A stretch of DNA of 40,724 nucleotides from Methanobacteriota archaeon (GTDB lineage: Archaea > Hydrothermarchaeota > Hydrothermarchaeia > Hydrothermarchaeales > JACRDW01), in assembly GCA_043820925.1 (NCBI GenBank), contig JBDRDL010000028.1:1-40724 (forward strand). The letters are read 5' to 3'. The notes beneath the pieces were generated by a model, which saw only the letters and a list, made by a program, of their open reading frames with translations, did no database searches and was not told the DNA's origin. A program made the position numbers and the translations under genes. Every line of letters begins with the position of its first letter. Within the stretch, counting starts at the first letter, position 1. Of the stretch, positions 8,953 through 18,854 are shown piece after piece.

Positions 8953-10632
8953 ATGGTAGAGATGCCTTTGCTAAGCAGAGTTGTGGAGTTCCTCGATGGA
9001 ATATCCTTAGAGCTAAAAATAGATTTAAATAGGTTAAAAACTGAAAAAAGGTATTTTGAAGCACTATATTTAAAATTAACAAATAATCTGAAGGAATTGA
9101 AAAAATTAAAGGATGAAATGGAGCAGAAGGGTTTTGATTCGCCTTATTTTGCCTTGGGGATGAGAAGGTATGGCGTTCCTCTCGGAAAGCAGAGCTACCG
9201 CAGGGAAGATGTTGAAGACCAGAGAGATGTTGCAAGGCACAAGATGTTCTTCAGGACAGATGCCTCGTTTAAGAAAGGCACCTTTGAGAGAGCTAAATCT
9301 GCAATAGCCTCGCACAACATGGCTGTGGGTCACCTAGAAGAGTTCGTGTCCTTTGATTGCAGGTGCGGCTCGATAACTAAAGGAAAGGAAGCTGTCGACA
9401 TTGTAGAAGAAAAGGGCACATTCATCTGCCCAAAATGCAATTCTGAACCGAAATTGCGAGAAAACGAGACCGGCATTTACAGGATGGAAATCCTGCCCTA
9501 CCTGACTTTTGGAGGGGAGTTCACTGTAGAGATATCCAAGTTTACCCCCACTGAGAGAATGGCTTACAGGGAGCTCACCGAGATTCTGAGGGAAAAGAAA
9601 AAAGGCAGAATAAAGTCTGCAACTGTTGCATTTAAGGCTATAGAGAATGGGGGGTGGGTTACAAAGAGGGAGCAGGTCGAGATAGAAAAAGGCTCGAAGC
9701 TCGACTACGAGGATATTCTGAAGCAGAAGTACGGCCGCATTATAATCGAGCACATACGCTATCACCACGAGCGCAGCATACTCGTCAGCGGCCGCTACAA
9801 CAGGCGGGCTCTCGCTATTGCTTATACAAAAATTTTAAAGGAGAAAGGGGAAGAAATCCTGGATTTCCTACTGGAGCAGAGAGTTGACGTTAAAAAATTG
9901 AGAGAGTACGAGCGCTTGAGGAAAAAAATAGAATTGAAAATGTATGGCATGCTGCCTCCGACCTTTTCGATGGATGCAAGAATAACAGAGGAAAGAATGG
10001 AGCTGATGGAGGAGTTGGATGAGGAGCTGAAAAGAGCTGGGCTGATGGACAAGCATGGAAGTTTGATTCCTGAGCTCGATGAAGCCATAAGCTATCGGAG
10101 GCAGGTTAGAAAGGAAACCCTGGTAAAGATTCCAAGGGCACTTTTTGCGTGGGACATATTCAGATTTTTGCTTATAAAGCCGTACAGGGAGCGCAGGTAC
10201 GCAAGCATATTCCCGGGCTTGCAGCCAGTTCCGGAAAGAGACCAGTTAGAAAAAGCTCTTGAGGCATTAAAAGAAGATTACATACTTTCTGCAATAAAGA
10301 GGTTCATAGACAGCAATGTGCTAAGTATTGATAATGCCCATAACATAGTGTTCAAAAAGTTCGAGCTCGAGGATATTCTACAGGATTATCTCAAGGTCAC
10401 CTCGAGCAGGGCAGTCGGAGGGATTGCGCTATATCTCTCTTCCAATCTAAGTCTTGAAACTTCTGCTGGCGTCGTTTCCGCAGAAGTAGCAGAGCTGGAG
10501 GAAGTGCTCAAGGTGATAATAAGGCTGGGCAGGGGCGATGTTATACCTCCGGAAAAGCTGGAAGGTCTGGAAGAAATAAGGGACATAAAAATTTCAGACA
10601 AAGCCAAGCAGTTTTTGGAGCTGGTGAGGTAG
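8953..10632 (+). CDS. DUF530-like archaeal protein with a Zn finger
   Basis: GFDSPY, FERAKSAIASH...GHLEE, CxCG...CPKC, GIYRMEILPYL; family recognised from memory. Confidence 0.75.
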   Translation: MVEMPLLSRVVEFLDGISLELKIDLNRLKTEKRYFEALYLKLTNNLKELKKLKDEMEQKGFDSPYFALGMRRYGVPLGKQSYRREDVEDQRDVARHKMFFRTDASFKKGTFERAKSAIASHNMAVGHLEEFVSFDCRCGSITKGKEAVDIVEEKGTFICPKCNSEPKLRENETGIYRMEILPYLTFGGEFTVEISKFTPTERMAYRELTEILREKKKGRIKSATVAFKAIENGGWVTKREQVEIEKGSKLDYEDILKQKYGRIIIEHIRYHHERSILVSGRYNRRALAIAYTKILKEKGEEILDFLLEQRVDVKKLREYERLRKKIELKMYGMLPPTFSMDARITEERMELMEELDEELKRAGLMDKHGSLIPELDEAISYRRQVRKETLVKIPRALFAWDIFRFLLIKPYRERRYASIFPGLQPVPERDQLEKALEALKEDYILSAIKRFIDSNVLSIDNAHNIVFKKFELEDILQDYLKVTSSRAVGGIALYLSSNLSLETSAGVVSAEVAELEEVLKVIIRLGRGDVIPPEKLEGLEEIRDIKISDKAKQFLELVR

Positions 10633-10635
10633 ACA

Positions 10636-10679
10636 GACGTAGGTGGTCATATATACCAGCATCTATGACCACCTACGTC
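10636..10679. repeat. Perfect 16-bp inverted repeat (hairpin, REP-like)
   Basis: GACGTAGGTGGTCATA-12 nt-TATGACCACCTACGTC. Confidence 0.9.
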
Positions 10680-10725
10680 CGTGTACATGGAAAAGTTTTT
10701 TAAGCTGCGAGATTATTTTAATCGC

Positions 10726-11127
10726 ATGAAAGAAGTCGTCGTGCTGCGCTCAAGCCAGAAGGACGTGCTCATAAAGGAGATTAACGAGAAGCTTAATGAG
10801 AATACAAAAAAAGTGCACTTCAGCATCAGACCTACGATAAATATTCTGGCATCGATTTTAACCGCTGCTCCGAATGTGAAAGCAATCACCTGCCCCCCCA
10901 GTCTTTACGAGCGCACGCCAAAGAAGATAAAGTCTGCGCTGGATAGAATCGGAATTAAGTTCGAAGCGCTGCTGCTCACTCCAGGCAGACCCCGCTCCCA
11001 TCCGAACTGGAAGATAAGCAAAGTCTATGACCTCGAGGAAAAGGGCTTCTCTGCCAAGGAAATCTCGGATGAGCTGAAAATTCCCTTGACGACTGTATAC
11101 TACTATCTAAAGAAAGAAACAGAATAG
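10726..11127 (+). CDS. DUF1699-like protein with a C-terminal HTH
   Basis: LNENTKKVHFSIRPT...CPPSLY...PGRPR, then SAKEISDELKIPLTTVYYYL; BRE/TATA-like GGAAAAGTTTTTTAA at about 10689-10703 favours ATG 10726. Confidence 0.7.
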   Translation: MKEVVVLRSSQKDVLIKEINEKLNENTKKVHFSIRPTINILASILTAAPNVKAITCPPSLYERTPKKIKSALDRIGIKFEALLLTPGRPRSHPNWKISKVYDLEEKGFSAKEISDELKIPLTTVYYYLKKETE

Positions 11128-11191
11128 ATGTTAAAGAGCCTTTTTTGCCAAGCAAAAAACCCTCGGGAAAAAATATAAATTACAACAGTTA

Positions 11192-11227
11192 TTCTTTGGG
11201 ATGATAGCACTTTCTTCCAAAGAAAGT
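11192..11227 (-). repeat. Single copy of the tRNA-associated palindromic repeat unit
   Basis: Reverse complement ACTTTCTTTGGAAGAAAGTGCTATCATCCCAAAGAA matches units starting near 22993 and 23199. Confidence 0.8.
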
Positions 11228-11237
11228 TTGCGATAGT

Positions 11238-11310
11238 GCCGCCGTAGCTCAGTAGGTAGAGCGCCTGGCTGTTAACCAGGTGGTCGATAGTTCGAGTCTG
11301 TCCGGCGGCG
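11238..11310 (+). tRNA. tRNA-Asn(GTT)
   Basis: Acceptor GCCGCCG/CGGCGGC; anticodon arm CCTGG-CT-GTT-AA-CCAGG; T-loop TTCGAGT. Confidence 0.97.
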
Positions 11311-11341
11311 CTTCTTGTAAATGAAATTGCGGTGCTAGGGT

Positions 11342-12349
11342 TCAACTTATTATATATTTTTTTGCCCTTCCTTCTCCTTCTTCGGCGAAAACTCCCTTCT
11401 CAACCATTTCCTTCAAATCTTGATATGCTGTCTTGTTGGAGACGCCATTGATTTTCCTGTACTCCCTGTTTGTAATATACCCGCGTTTGATGACGTGTTT
11501 TAAGGCATTCCTCTGCATCGGATTAAGGCCTGCTGACCGCTCCAGGGACCTCATAACTTCGAGGATGATTTTCACAGAGTAGAGAACCCCGTCTGTGTAG
11601 TACTCGAGCCAGCCGGTTAGGTCTTTTGACTCGTCTACTAGTCGCAGTGTCCTGTAGTATGCCGGCGTGTCCCCCTCATAGTACTCGTCTAATGCGAAAA
11701 CTCCCTTCTCATCGAATCCCCGGATTCTAAGTATCAACACTGCCAGAGCCCTTGCCACCCTCCCGTTCCCGTCCTCGAAGGGATGAATCATTGCCATTGC
11801 ATAGTGGCAAATCCCGGCCTGGATCACCGGATTAAGCCCCTTGGCTTCATCAGAATTAATCCAGGAAACCAGTTCCTCCATCATTGGCACGACCTTTTCA
11901 GGCGGGGGCGGGGTATAGATTATCCTCGAACCCGCCACCACGTAGTTCTGGATATTTCTGAGTTTGCCGCATGCCAGAGGGTTGTCTAGGACTCCCTTGG
12001 TAATGTCACGGTGGATCCTCAGGACACCGTCCATGTGTATATCGTCCTCTCTTTGGTAGGACTCTATGCCCTCTAATACTCGGATATAGTTCTGAACCTC
12101 GTTTATCGCCTTCCTCTGTGCAATCACCTCCCTGCCGTCAAGAAGGCTTTTGACCTGCCCCAGCGTCAATGGATTCCCCTCGACTCTAGTGGAATAGTGA
12201 GCAGTCTTTGCCAGGGACTCTCTTTTTATCCTGCGGTATGCCGGAGGAGTGACCTTTCTTTGGGCAATATCTTCGGCGAGCCTGGTGATTTCCACAAGGT
12301 TGTTGAGAATCTTGTTTGTAATACGGTATTTCAGTCCCAGCATAATCAT
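11342..12349 (-). CDS. Fic family protein with a C-terminal HTH
   Basis: HPFEDGNGRVAR Fic motif; STRVEGN inhibitory-helix-like motif; ITNREYR...TAYQDL HTH. Confidence 0.95.
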   Translation of the reverse strand: MIMLGLKYRITNKILNNLVEITRLAEDIAQRKVTPPAYRRIKRESLAKTAHYSTRVEGNPLTLGQVKSLLDGREVIAQRKAINEVQNYIRVLEGIESYQREDDIHMDGVLRIHRDITKGVLDNPLACGKLRNIQNYVVAGSRIIYTPPPPEKVVPMMEELVSWINSDEAKGLNPVIQAGICHYAMAMIHPFEDGNGRVARALAVLILRIRGFDEKGVFALDEYYEGDTPAYYRTLRLVDESKDLTGWLEYYTDGVLYSVKIILEVMRSLERSAGLNPMQRNALKHVIKRGYITNREYRKINGVSNKTAYQDLKEMVEKGVFAEEGEGRAKKYIIS

Positions 12350-12399
12350 TACCTTTATATGGAAGTTTTCGTTACCTAATCATTACCTAATCATTACCT
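12343..12399. promoter_or_regulatory. 11-bp direct repeats AATCATTACCT over the fic start and promoter
   Basis: Copies at 12344-12354, 12378-12388 and 12389-12399, plus a partial copy at 12372-12377. Confidence 0.6.
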
Positions 12400-12456
12400 T
12401 GAGAAATAGTTTTTGAAAAAGCAGTTTAATAGGCTAGCACATCATCCTGCAAAAAA

Positions 12457-12720
12457 TCAGTACTGCGTAAGATTATATTTTTTCTTTATTTTTATGTACT
12501 CTTCTCTGTTCTTGATTCCCAAAGATTTTGTGACTTCTTCCATTAGAGGCGTCCAGCTTTTGTCGTGTTCCTCTGCTGCGCATCTCAGGCGGCGCAGCTC
12601 ATCGTCCCAGTAGATGTTTTCTTTGTTGTTCTGCAGGCAGACTATGAGCCTGGCTGCGCCTTCTTCAGTTCTGTGCTTCTCAGTTTCTGCCTTATGCGTC
12701 GTTGCATCTGTGCCTGTCAT
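12457..12720 (-). CDS. Hypothetical protein, last gene of the nuo-like operon
   Basis: 87-aa ORF overlapping the previous gene; start uncertain. Confidence 0.6.
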   Translation of the reverse strand: MTGTDATTHKAETEKHRTEEGAARLIVCLQNNKENIYWDDELRRLRCAAEEHDKSWTPLMEEVTKSLGIKNREEYIKIKKKYNLTQY

Positions 12721-13108
12721 AATTGGGGTACCTCACATCATAGCGATTTATCATATACTCGATTCTGTGGATTATCGCATTAACATTATCCTTTGAAGTG
12801 CCTATGTCCCTCCTGCCCTTCTGGAAATATTCAGGATAGCGCTTTTCAATCTCCAAAATTTCTTTTTTGAATTCAGCAATGCTCTTTTTTCCTTCGATAG
12901 TTGCGAGCAGAAGCGAGTTAGTCCGGATAACAGCATTTGCCATCGCAACGTCCTCGCTGCTCTTTGCTATCTTTTTCAGCTTCTCTCCGTACTCCAAGCT
13001 TTTCTTAAGCACGCCGACTACTAAATCTATATCTCCGTATATCGTTTCGAATTGAGCATGAATGTCGTATGCATCAATCATTTTTCGATAGAAGGCTTCT
13101 CTGAGCAA
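12692..13108 (-). CDS. Hypothetical soluble helical protein downstream of nuoN
   Basis: TTG start 4 nt after the nuoN stop, with strong RBS GGAGGTGA. Confidence 0.75.
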   Translation of the reverse strand: MLREAFYRKMIDAYDIHAQFETIYGDIDLVVGVLKKSLEYGEKLKKIAKSSEDVAMANAVIRTNSLLLATIEGKKSIAEFKKEILEIEKRYPEYFQKGRRDIGTSKDNVNAIIHRIEYMINRYDVRYPNYDRHRCNDA

Positions 13109-13112
13109 ATTC

Positions 13113-14564
13113 TCACCTCCACACCGCCTCGGCAGCGCTGTATGCCCACTCGGATATCGGGTTCGGGTACAAGCCCAGTATTACGATAATTATGACTGCT
13201 GCCAGCATGGCAGCGACATATGCAGAGGGCTCTTGGATTTTTTCTATTTTCGGCTTTCCCCAGTACATGCGCATTATCACTCTTGCGTAATAATAAACAG
13301 AGAGCGCTGAATTGAGAACAGCGATTATCGCCAGCCATAGCAGGTTGCCCTGAATTGCAGAAAGGAAGAGCACGAATTTTGTATAAAAGCCGAAGGTTGG
13401 GGGTATTCCTGCAAGAGAGAACAGCATCACAGTCATGAGAAGGGCGGTAATCGGCGCAGTTTTTCCAAGACCGTCGTAGTTTTCCATGTCGTCGCTCTTG
13501 GAATAAATCAAGCCCACGGCTGCGACGACGATGAATGCACCTGCGGTTGCAATTGCATGAGAGAGTGCATGCAGGATTCCTCCAGCAAGCGCTATTTGAG
13601 CTGCATTCTGGGAGTAAGCAATGACAACGAAGGCGATAGCGATGTAGCCTGCGTGCGCAATTGAGGAATAAGCAAGCATCCTCTTAACGCTGTTCTGCAT
13701 GATTGCCACGACGTTTCCGAGGGTCATCGTAATTACTGCGAGAATTGCGAAGGCGAGATACCACTGCAGCTTAATCGCAATGAGCGCAAGAAGGAAAACT
13801 CTGAAGGCTGCGATGAATCCCATTTTTTTAGAGCCTGCAGCGAGCAGCGCAGATACTACTGAGGGCGAGCCTTCGTACGTATCCGGTGCCCACATGTGGA
13901 AAGGTACAAGAGCCATTTTGAACCCGAAGCCTGCGAGTATGAGCAGCATTGCAAGTGTTGCAATGGATTCAAATCTCGCTGCATGGGCTGCGAGGAATTC
14001 TTTCATTTCAAGGATGTTCACTGTGCCCGAGATTCCGTAGGCTAGGGAAATTCCGAAAAGCAGAATAGCAGAGGACAGGCCGCCAAATATGAAGTACTTC
14101 AGCGCACCTTCTGCGCCGAGCTTTGAGTGCTTGTCAAATCCTGCGAGTGCATAAGTAGATAAACTTGCCAGCTCAAATCCGATAAAGAGAACGATTAAAT
14201 CATTCGCTATTGCAACGAACATCATTCCAGCCGTTGCAATTAAAACCAAGAAGTAGTACTCATCCTGGCTCTGATTCTTTCCATAGTACTCCAAAGATGC
14301 TATGCATACCAGCAATGCAACGGTGAGGAATATTATATTGAAAAATTGAGCAAAAGAATCAATGACTATCGAATTGTAGAATGGATAGCCGACGAAGGAT
14401 TCCCTCACGTTAAAGTTGCCCAGCACGAGCAGCAGCGCTACAAGTAGCGCTGCAATGCTTACGTATCCCAAAACTTTCTTTTCTTTTATGAAAAGTCCTA
14501 GGAGGAGTACTAAAATCGATACTGCTATGAGTATCAGCTCTGGTGCAAGCAGCAAGTAGCTCAT
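13113..14564 (-). CDS. nuoN: Complex I-like antiporter subunit N
   Basis: GFGFKMALVPFHMWAPDTYEG, KRMLAYSSIAHAGY; start at ATGA overlap 14564. Confidence 0.95.
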   Translation of the reverse strand: MSYLLLAPELILIAVSILVLLLGLFIKEKKVLGYVSIAALLVALLLVLGNFNVRESFVGYPFYNSIVIDSFAQFFNIIFLTVALLVCIASLEYYGKNQSQDEYYFLVLIATAGMMFVAIANDLIVLFIGFELASLSTYALAGFDKHSKLGAEGALKYFIFGGLSSAILLFGISLAYGISGTVNILEMKEFLAAHAARFESIATLAMLLILAGFGFKMALVPFHMWAPDTYEGSPSVVSALLAAGSKKMGFIAAFRVFLLALIAIKLQWYLAFAILAVITMTLGNVVAIMQNSVKRMLAYSSIAHAGYIAIAFVVIAYSQNAAQIALAGGILHALSHAIATAGAFIVVAAVGLIYSKSDDMENYDGLGKTAPITALLMTVMLFSLAGIPPTFGFYTKFVLFLSAIQGNLLWLAIIAVLNSALSVYYYARVIMRMYWGKPKIEKIQEPSAYVAAMLAAVIIIVILGLYPNPISEWAYSAAEAVWR

Positions 14565-16081
14565 GGCACTATACCTCCCGACGGCAGGATGGTAATAAAC
14601 TGCGCAGCAGTCGAATGCATCATTTCGAAGAGGGGCATCGGGTAAAGACCAAGGGCGATTATGAGCAGAACCCACGCAGCCATGGCTGTGAATTCGTACC
14701 ACGTTAAGTCAGTAACGTTGCCTAGATGCTCATTGTAAGGACCGAACATCGCCCGCTGTACAGCCCACAGATGATAGCCTGCGGTGAAAGGTATGCTCAG
14801 CATTGCAGCAATTACGATGTAGGGCAGTTGAGGATAGGAGCCTGCAAGAATTGAAAACTCTGCAACGAAGCCCATCATTCCCGGGAACCCCATTGAAGCA
14901 AAGAAGCCTGTTATCATTAAAAATGCAAATTTGGGCATTTTTTTGGTAAGTCCTCCCAGATCCTGGATTATCCTTGTTCCGGTGTGGTGCTCGATAATGC
15001 CTGCCGAGCCGAATAAAACAGAGGTTATAATTCCGTGCGCAAAAAGCTGAAACATCGCCCCGGAGGCTGCAAAAATTCTGGGCACCTCTGCTCCGGCTGC
15101 CATGAATGCAGCCACGCCCAAGGAAATGAAGCCCATGTGACCTATGCTCGAGAATGCAATCAATTTTTTAATATCTGGCTGCGCAAGCGCTGCGATTGGA
15201 GCATAGAGTATGCTGATTAACCCAAAGAGCGCAATTGCATAGATAAACAAATGCGAAGCATTCGGTATCATCGGAATCAAAAATCTGAATAAACCATAGC
15301 CGCCCATTTTCAGCAGCACTCCTGCAAGCAAGATTGAGCCGACTGTAGGAGCTTCGACGTGGGCATCTGGCAGCCATGTATGGAAGGGCACGGCGGGCAT
15401 CTTTACAAGGAAGCCGAAGAGCAGCGCAGCGAATATAAACTCTCTCCAGAAACTCGTTAAAGGCAGGGTTTGATATGCAGAGAGCAGCATTACAATGTCG
15501 AAAGTGTATAAGCCAGTCGTTTTTCCATGGAAGTAATAAAGGGCAAAAATTCCGAGAAGCATTACAACGCTCGCAACATGCGTGTATATGAGGAATTTAA
15601 TCGCAGAATAATCCTTCCTCGGACCGCCCCAGATTCCGATTAAGAAGAACATTGGAATGAGCACGAGCTCCCAGAAGATATAAAACAGGAAGAAGTCCAG
15701 CGAGACAAAAACGCCGATGAGAGAGAAGTCCATGAGCAGCAGCAGGGCAAAGAACTGATTAGCTCTGTGCTTCTCGCCCCACGCATATACGGCGCAGAAA
15801 GCAGAAACTATAGCAGTCAGCAGTACCATAGGCAGCGAAACGCCGTCCACTCCGACGTGGTAGTTGATTCCTATGCGGGGTATCCATTCATAAAATTCCC
15901 TGAAGTTGTTAAGACCGTTTGCAGGTTCATAATTTATAAACATCAATATCGAAATCAGGAGCGCAGCCCAGGAAGACACAACAGCTATCATTCTCGCCTG
16001 CTCTCTCGTTCTGCTTAAAAACGCTGCTGTCGAGCCAGCAAGGAGAGTTGCGAGTATCAGTGATATGTACATTCTATGCAC
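14561..16081 (-). CDS. nuoM: Complex I-like antiporter subunit M
   Basis: VKMPAVPFHTWLPDAHVEAPT, LLKMGGYG. Confidence 0.95.
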   Translation of the reverse strand: MHRMYISLILATLLAGSTAAFLSRTREQARMIAVVSSWAALLISILMFINYEPANGLNNFREFYEWIPRIGINYHVGVDGVSLPMVLLTAIVSAFCAVYAWGEKHRANQFFALLLLMDFSLIGVFVSLDFFLFYIFWELVLIPMFFLIGIWGGPRKDYSAIKFLIYTHVASVVMLLGIFALYYFHGKTTGLYTFDIVMLLSAYQTLPLTSFWREFIFAALLFGFLVKMPAVPFHTWLPDAHVEAPTVGSILLAGVLLKMGGYGLFRFLIPMIPNASHLFIYAIALFGLISILYAPIAALAQPDIKKLIAFSSIGHMGFISLGVAAFMAAGAEVPRIFAASGAMFQLFAHGIITSVLFGSAGIIEHHTGTRIIQDLGGLTKKMPKFAFLMITGFFASMGFPGMMGFVAEFSILAGSYPQLPYIVIAAMLSIPFTAGYHLWAVQRAMFGPYNEHLGNVTDLTWYEFTAMAAWVLLIIALGLYPMPLFEMMHSTAAQFITILPSGGIVP

Positions 16082-18062
16082 CCCACAGTCTTAGAATTAT
16101 CGCCAATATCGCCATGCCCAAGATAAACGAGGCAGCATAGCTCTGAACGTCGCCGGTCTGCACTTTTCGGATAATGCCGCCAAACCATGTAGTCACCCTT
16201 GATATTCCGTTGACTATTCCATCGATGACATACAAATCGAAGACGTCCCAGAAAGTCATGAGCTTGAACATGAATTTTTCTGCGATTATGTCCTTGTAGA
16301 GGTAGTCCAGGTAGTACTTATTCCAAACGAGCTTGTAGAGCGGATTTTCTTTCTTGACGTATTTCGCTACGTCTATGCGGTTGTTGTAGTAAATGCAGCC
16401 TGCTATTCCGATGCCGAGGAGCGCAAAAATCAGGGGGAGGTAGTGGACTATCGCAGGTGCGTGCGCAGTTTCTTTCAGCAGCACGTTTTCCCCAAGCTTG
16501 GCAAGGTTCTCGAAGTTCAGACCTCCGACTGCTGTGCCTGCTGCTGTTGCGTATTTTGTTGTAAAAGTTTTTGAAAGAAAGTCGTAGAATCTGCTCTGGG
16601 TCAGAGCCCCGAATGCAAGAGAGCAAGCAGCCAGCACTACCAGGGGCAGCAGCATAACGGGTGGAGCTTCGTGGGGATGCTTTGCAGCATGGCTGCGGGG
16701 TTTGCCTGTAAAAACGAGGAAGTATGCCCTGAAGGTGTAAGTGGCGGTTAGGAGAACTCCAAATACTAAGAAGAGCCACGGCAGGTAGGCAATTGCGGAA
16801 TTACTCACACTCCCGTACTCATAGGCAGACAGAACAATTTTATCCTTGCTGTAGAATCCGCTCGTTAAAGGAAAGCCTACAAGCGTTAAAGCTCCAATCA
16901 GCATCATAGCTCCTGTGATTTTCATGTGCTTGAAAATTCCGCCCATCTCCTTTATATCTCTGGTATTCCACAGCGCATGCAGTATAGCGCCTGCGCAAAG
17001 GAAGAGCAGCGCTTTGAAAAAAGCATGGCTTATCAAATGGAATACAGAATAGCCGATTGCAAGTGCACCAACTGCTGCACCCACGCCCAGCATGCAGAGC
17101 ATGTATCCGAGCTGGCTTATCGTGGAGTAGGCGAGCACTCTCTTCAGGTCATTGACAACCAGACCCATAGTCGCTGCCAAAATCGCAGTGAAGCCGCCAA
17201 CGAGCGCTACTATGAACAGCGCATGCGGTGCTGCGATGAATATCGGAAATGTTCTCGCAACGAGATAAATTCCGGCAGTAACCATGGTTGCTGCATGAAT
17301 TAAAGCTGAAACAGTCGTTGGACCTTCCATTGCGTCCGGTATCCAGCCGTGCAGCGGAAACTGCGCTGATTTGCCGCAGACGCCTGCGAGGATGAGAATT
17401 GATACTGCAGTCAGAGTTGCAGCAGGTATAACTCCTGACTCGAGTACAGCAAAGATGTGGGAAAAAGTTATGGGCTCGGCAGCTGCTGCGAACATCCATT
17501 TATAGAGAATGACTATTCCGAGAAGGAAGAGAAAATCTCCAATAACGCAGAACATCCATGCTTTCTTGCCGGCAGCTGCTGCTTCGGGCTTGTACCACCA
17601 GAAGCCGATTAGCAGGTAAGAGCACAGACCGACGAGCTCCCAGAACAAAAACAACTGCAAAAAGTTGTTCGAGAGCACCAAACCGAGCATTCCTCCAGTG
17701 AACAGCGCAGTCTCAGCGAAGTAGAGCGATTTGTTTGGGTCCTCGCCCATGTATCCCAGAGCGAAGATGTGTATGAGCAAACCCACGAAAGAGACCATGC
17801 ACGCCATTACGATTGAGAGAGGGTCTACAACGATTCCGAAAACGATGCCAGGGAAGAACCAGTCCCATGATTTCTCATAGAATGGCATGCCCTGGAAGTA
17901 AACGTTGTACAGTAAGCCCAGCGAGATAAGCAGCGCTCCTGCAATTGTCAGATTTGCAAATATTCCTCCCTTCCTGTAGGAATATTTACCGAAGAAAAGC
18001 TCTAAAACAAAGCCGAGGAACGGAAGCAGGATTATGAGATACGCAAACGGTCTGTAATCCAT
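16074..18062 (-). CDS. nuoL: Complex I-like antiporter subunit L
   Basis: GKSAQFPLHGWIPDAMEGPTTVSALIHAATMV. Confidence 0.96.
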   Translation of the reverse strand: MDYRPFAYLIILLPFLGFVLELFFGKYSYRKGGIFANLTIAGALLISLGLLYNVYFQGMPFYEKSWDWFFPGIVFGIVVDPLSIVMACMVSFVGLLIHIFALGYMGEDPNKSLYFAETALFTGGMLGLVLSNNFLQLFLFWELVGLCSYLLIGFWWYKPEAAAAGKKAWMFCVIGDFLFLLGIVILYKWMFAAAAEPITFSHIFAVLESGVIPAATLTAVSILILAGVCGKSAQFPLHGWIPDAMEGPTTVSALIHAATMVTAGIYLVARTFPIFIAAPHALFIVALVGGFTAILAATMGLVVNDLKRVLAYSTISQLGYMLCMLGVGAAVGALAIGYSVFHLISHAFFKALLFLCAGAILHALWNTRDIKEMGGIFKHMKITGAMMLIGALTLVGFPLTSGFYSKDKIVLSAYEYGSVSNSAIAYLPWLFLVFGVLLTATYTFRAYFLVFTGKPRSHAAKHPHEAPPVMLLPLVVLAACSLAFGALTQSRFYDFLSKTFTTKYATAAGTAVGGLNFENLAKLGENVLLKETAHAPAIVHYLPLIFALLGIGIAGCIYYNNRIDVAKYVKKENPLYKLVWNKYYLDYLYKDIIAEKFMFKLMTFWDVFDLYVIDGIVNGISRVTTWFGGIIRKVQTGDVQSYAASFILGMAILAIILRLWGA

Positions 18063-18063
18063 T

Positions 18064-18366
18064 TCACCACCTCAGGTTGCGAAGCTCATGTATTTCTACT
18101 GTTCCATAAAGCCTGTAGATGACGAGGATAATCGCAAGCCCTACGGCAGCCTCTGCCGCAGCTATTGCTATCGAGAAAGTAACGAAAATCTGTCCTGCTG
18201 CATCGCCGAGGTATCTTGAGAATGCCACTAAATTTATATTCGCTGCGTTCATCATAAGCTCCAGGCACATCAAAACTCTGATGGTGTTCCTGGATACCAA
18301 GACGCCATACGCACCTATTCCAAACGCTATCGACGAGAGAGCTAGATAATACTCCAGAGGAATCAT
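18064..18366 (-). CDS. nuoK: Complex I-like subunit K
   Basis: ELMMNAANINL, AAAEAAVGLAI. Confidence 0.95.
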   Translation of the reverse strand: MIPLEYYLALSSIAFGIGAYGVLVSRNTIRVLMCLELMMNAANINLVAFSRYLGDAAGQIFVTFSIAIAAAEAAVGLAIILVIYRLYGTVEIHELRNLRW

Positions 18367-18854
18367 CTCGCTTCCCTCCTCGCAAGGTAAATCGCTCCTA
18401 TTATCGCAGCGAGCAGAAGTATCGCAATCAGCTCAAACTGCAGCATGTAGTAGGAGAACAGCTGCCTTCCAATGAATTGGGGAGAGCCCTCTCCTATGCC
18501 TCGAGCAGCGTACCATCTTCCGGCTACTATTATGCCCAGAATCACTGCAAGAAAAGCCAGCGAGGCAATTCCCTTAAACCAGGTAATCTCTGTACCTAAA
18601 TAATCCAGCCCTTTCTCTCTTCTGGTAAGCATTATCGCAAAAAGCATTAGCACAACGACTGCACCCGCATAAATTAAAACCTGAATTGCTGCGAGAAATT
18701 CTGCTTCGAGCATTAGAAATAGCGCAGCAACTCCGACAAAAGTCAGGGCTAAGAAAAGCGCAGAATGCACGATTTCCTTCGCCTTTATAACCAAAATCGA
18801 GGATGCAATGATTATAAATGCAATAGATAGAAAGGCAGCCAGCTCAAGGTTCAC
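18363..18854 (-). CDS. nuoJ: Complex I-like subunit J
   Basis: AEFLAAIQVLIYAGAVVVLMLF; GTG 18854 after RBS GAGGAGGT. Confidence 0.92.
   Translation of the reverse strand: MNLELAAFLSIAFIIIASSILVIKAKEIVHSALFLALTFVGVAALFLMLEAEFLAAIQVLIYAGAVVVLMLFAIMLTRREKGLDYLGTEITWFKGIASLAFLAVILGIIVAGRWYAARGIGEGSPQFIGRQLFSYYMLQFELIAILLLAAIIGAIYLARREAR

Noticed and set aside
11332..12440. 7-bp inverted repeat GTGCTAG/CTAGCAC flanking fic as transposon ends
   Set aside because: Too short to exceed chance; no target duplication or transposase
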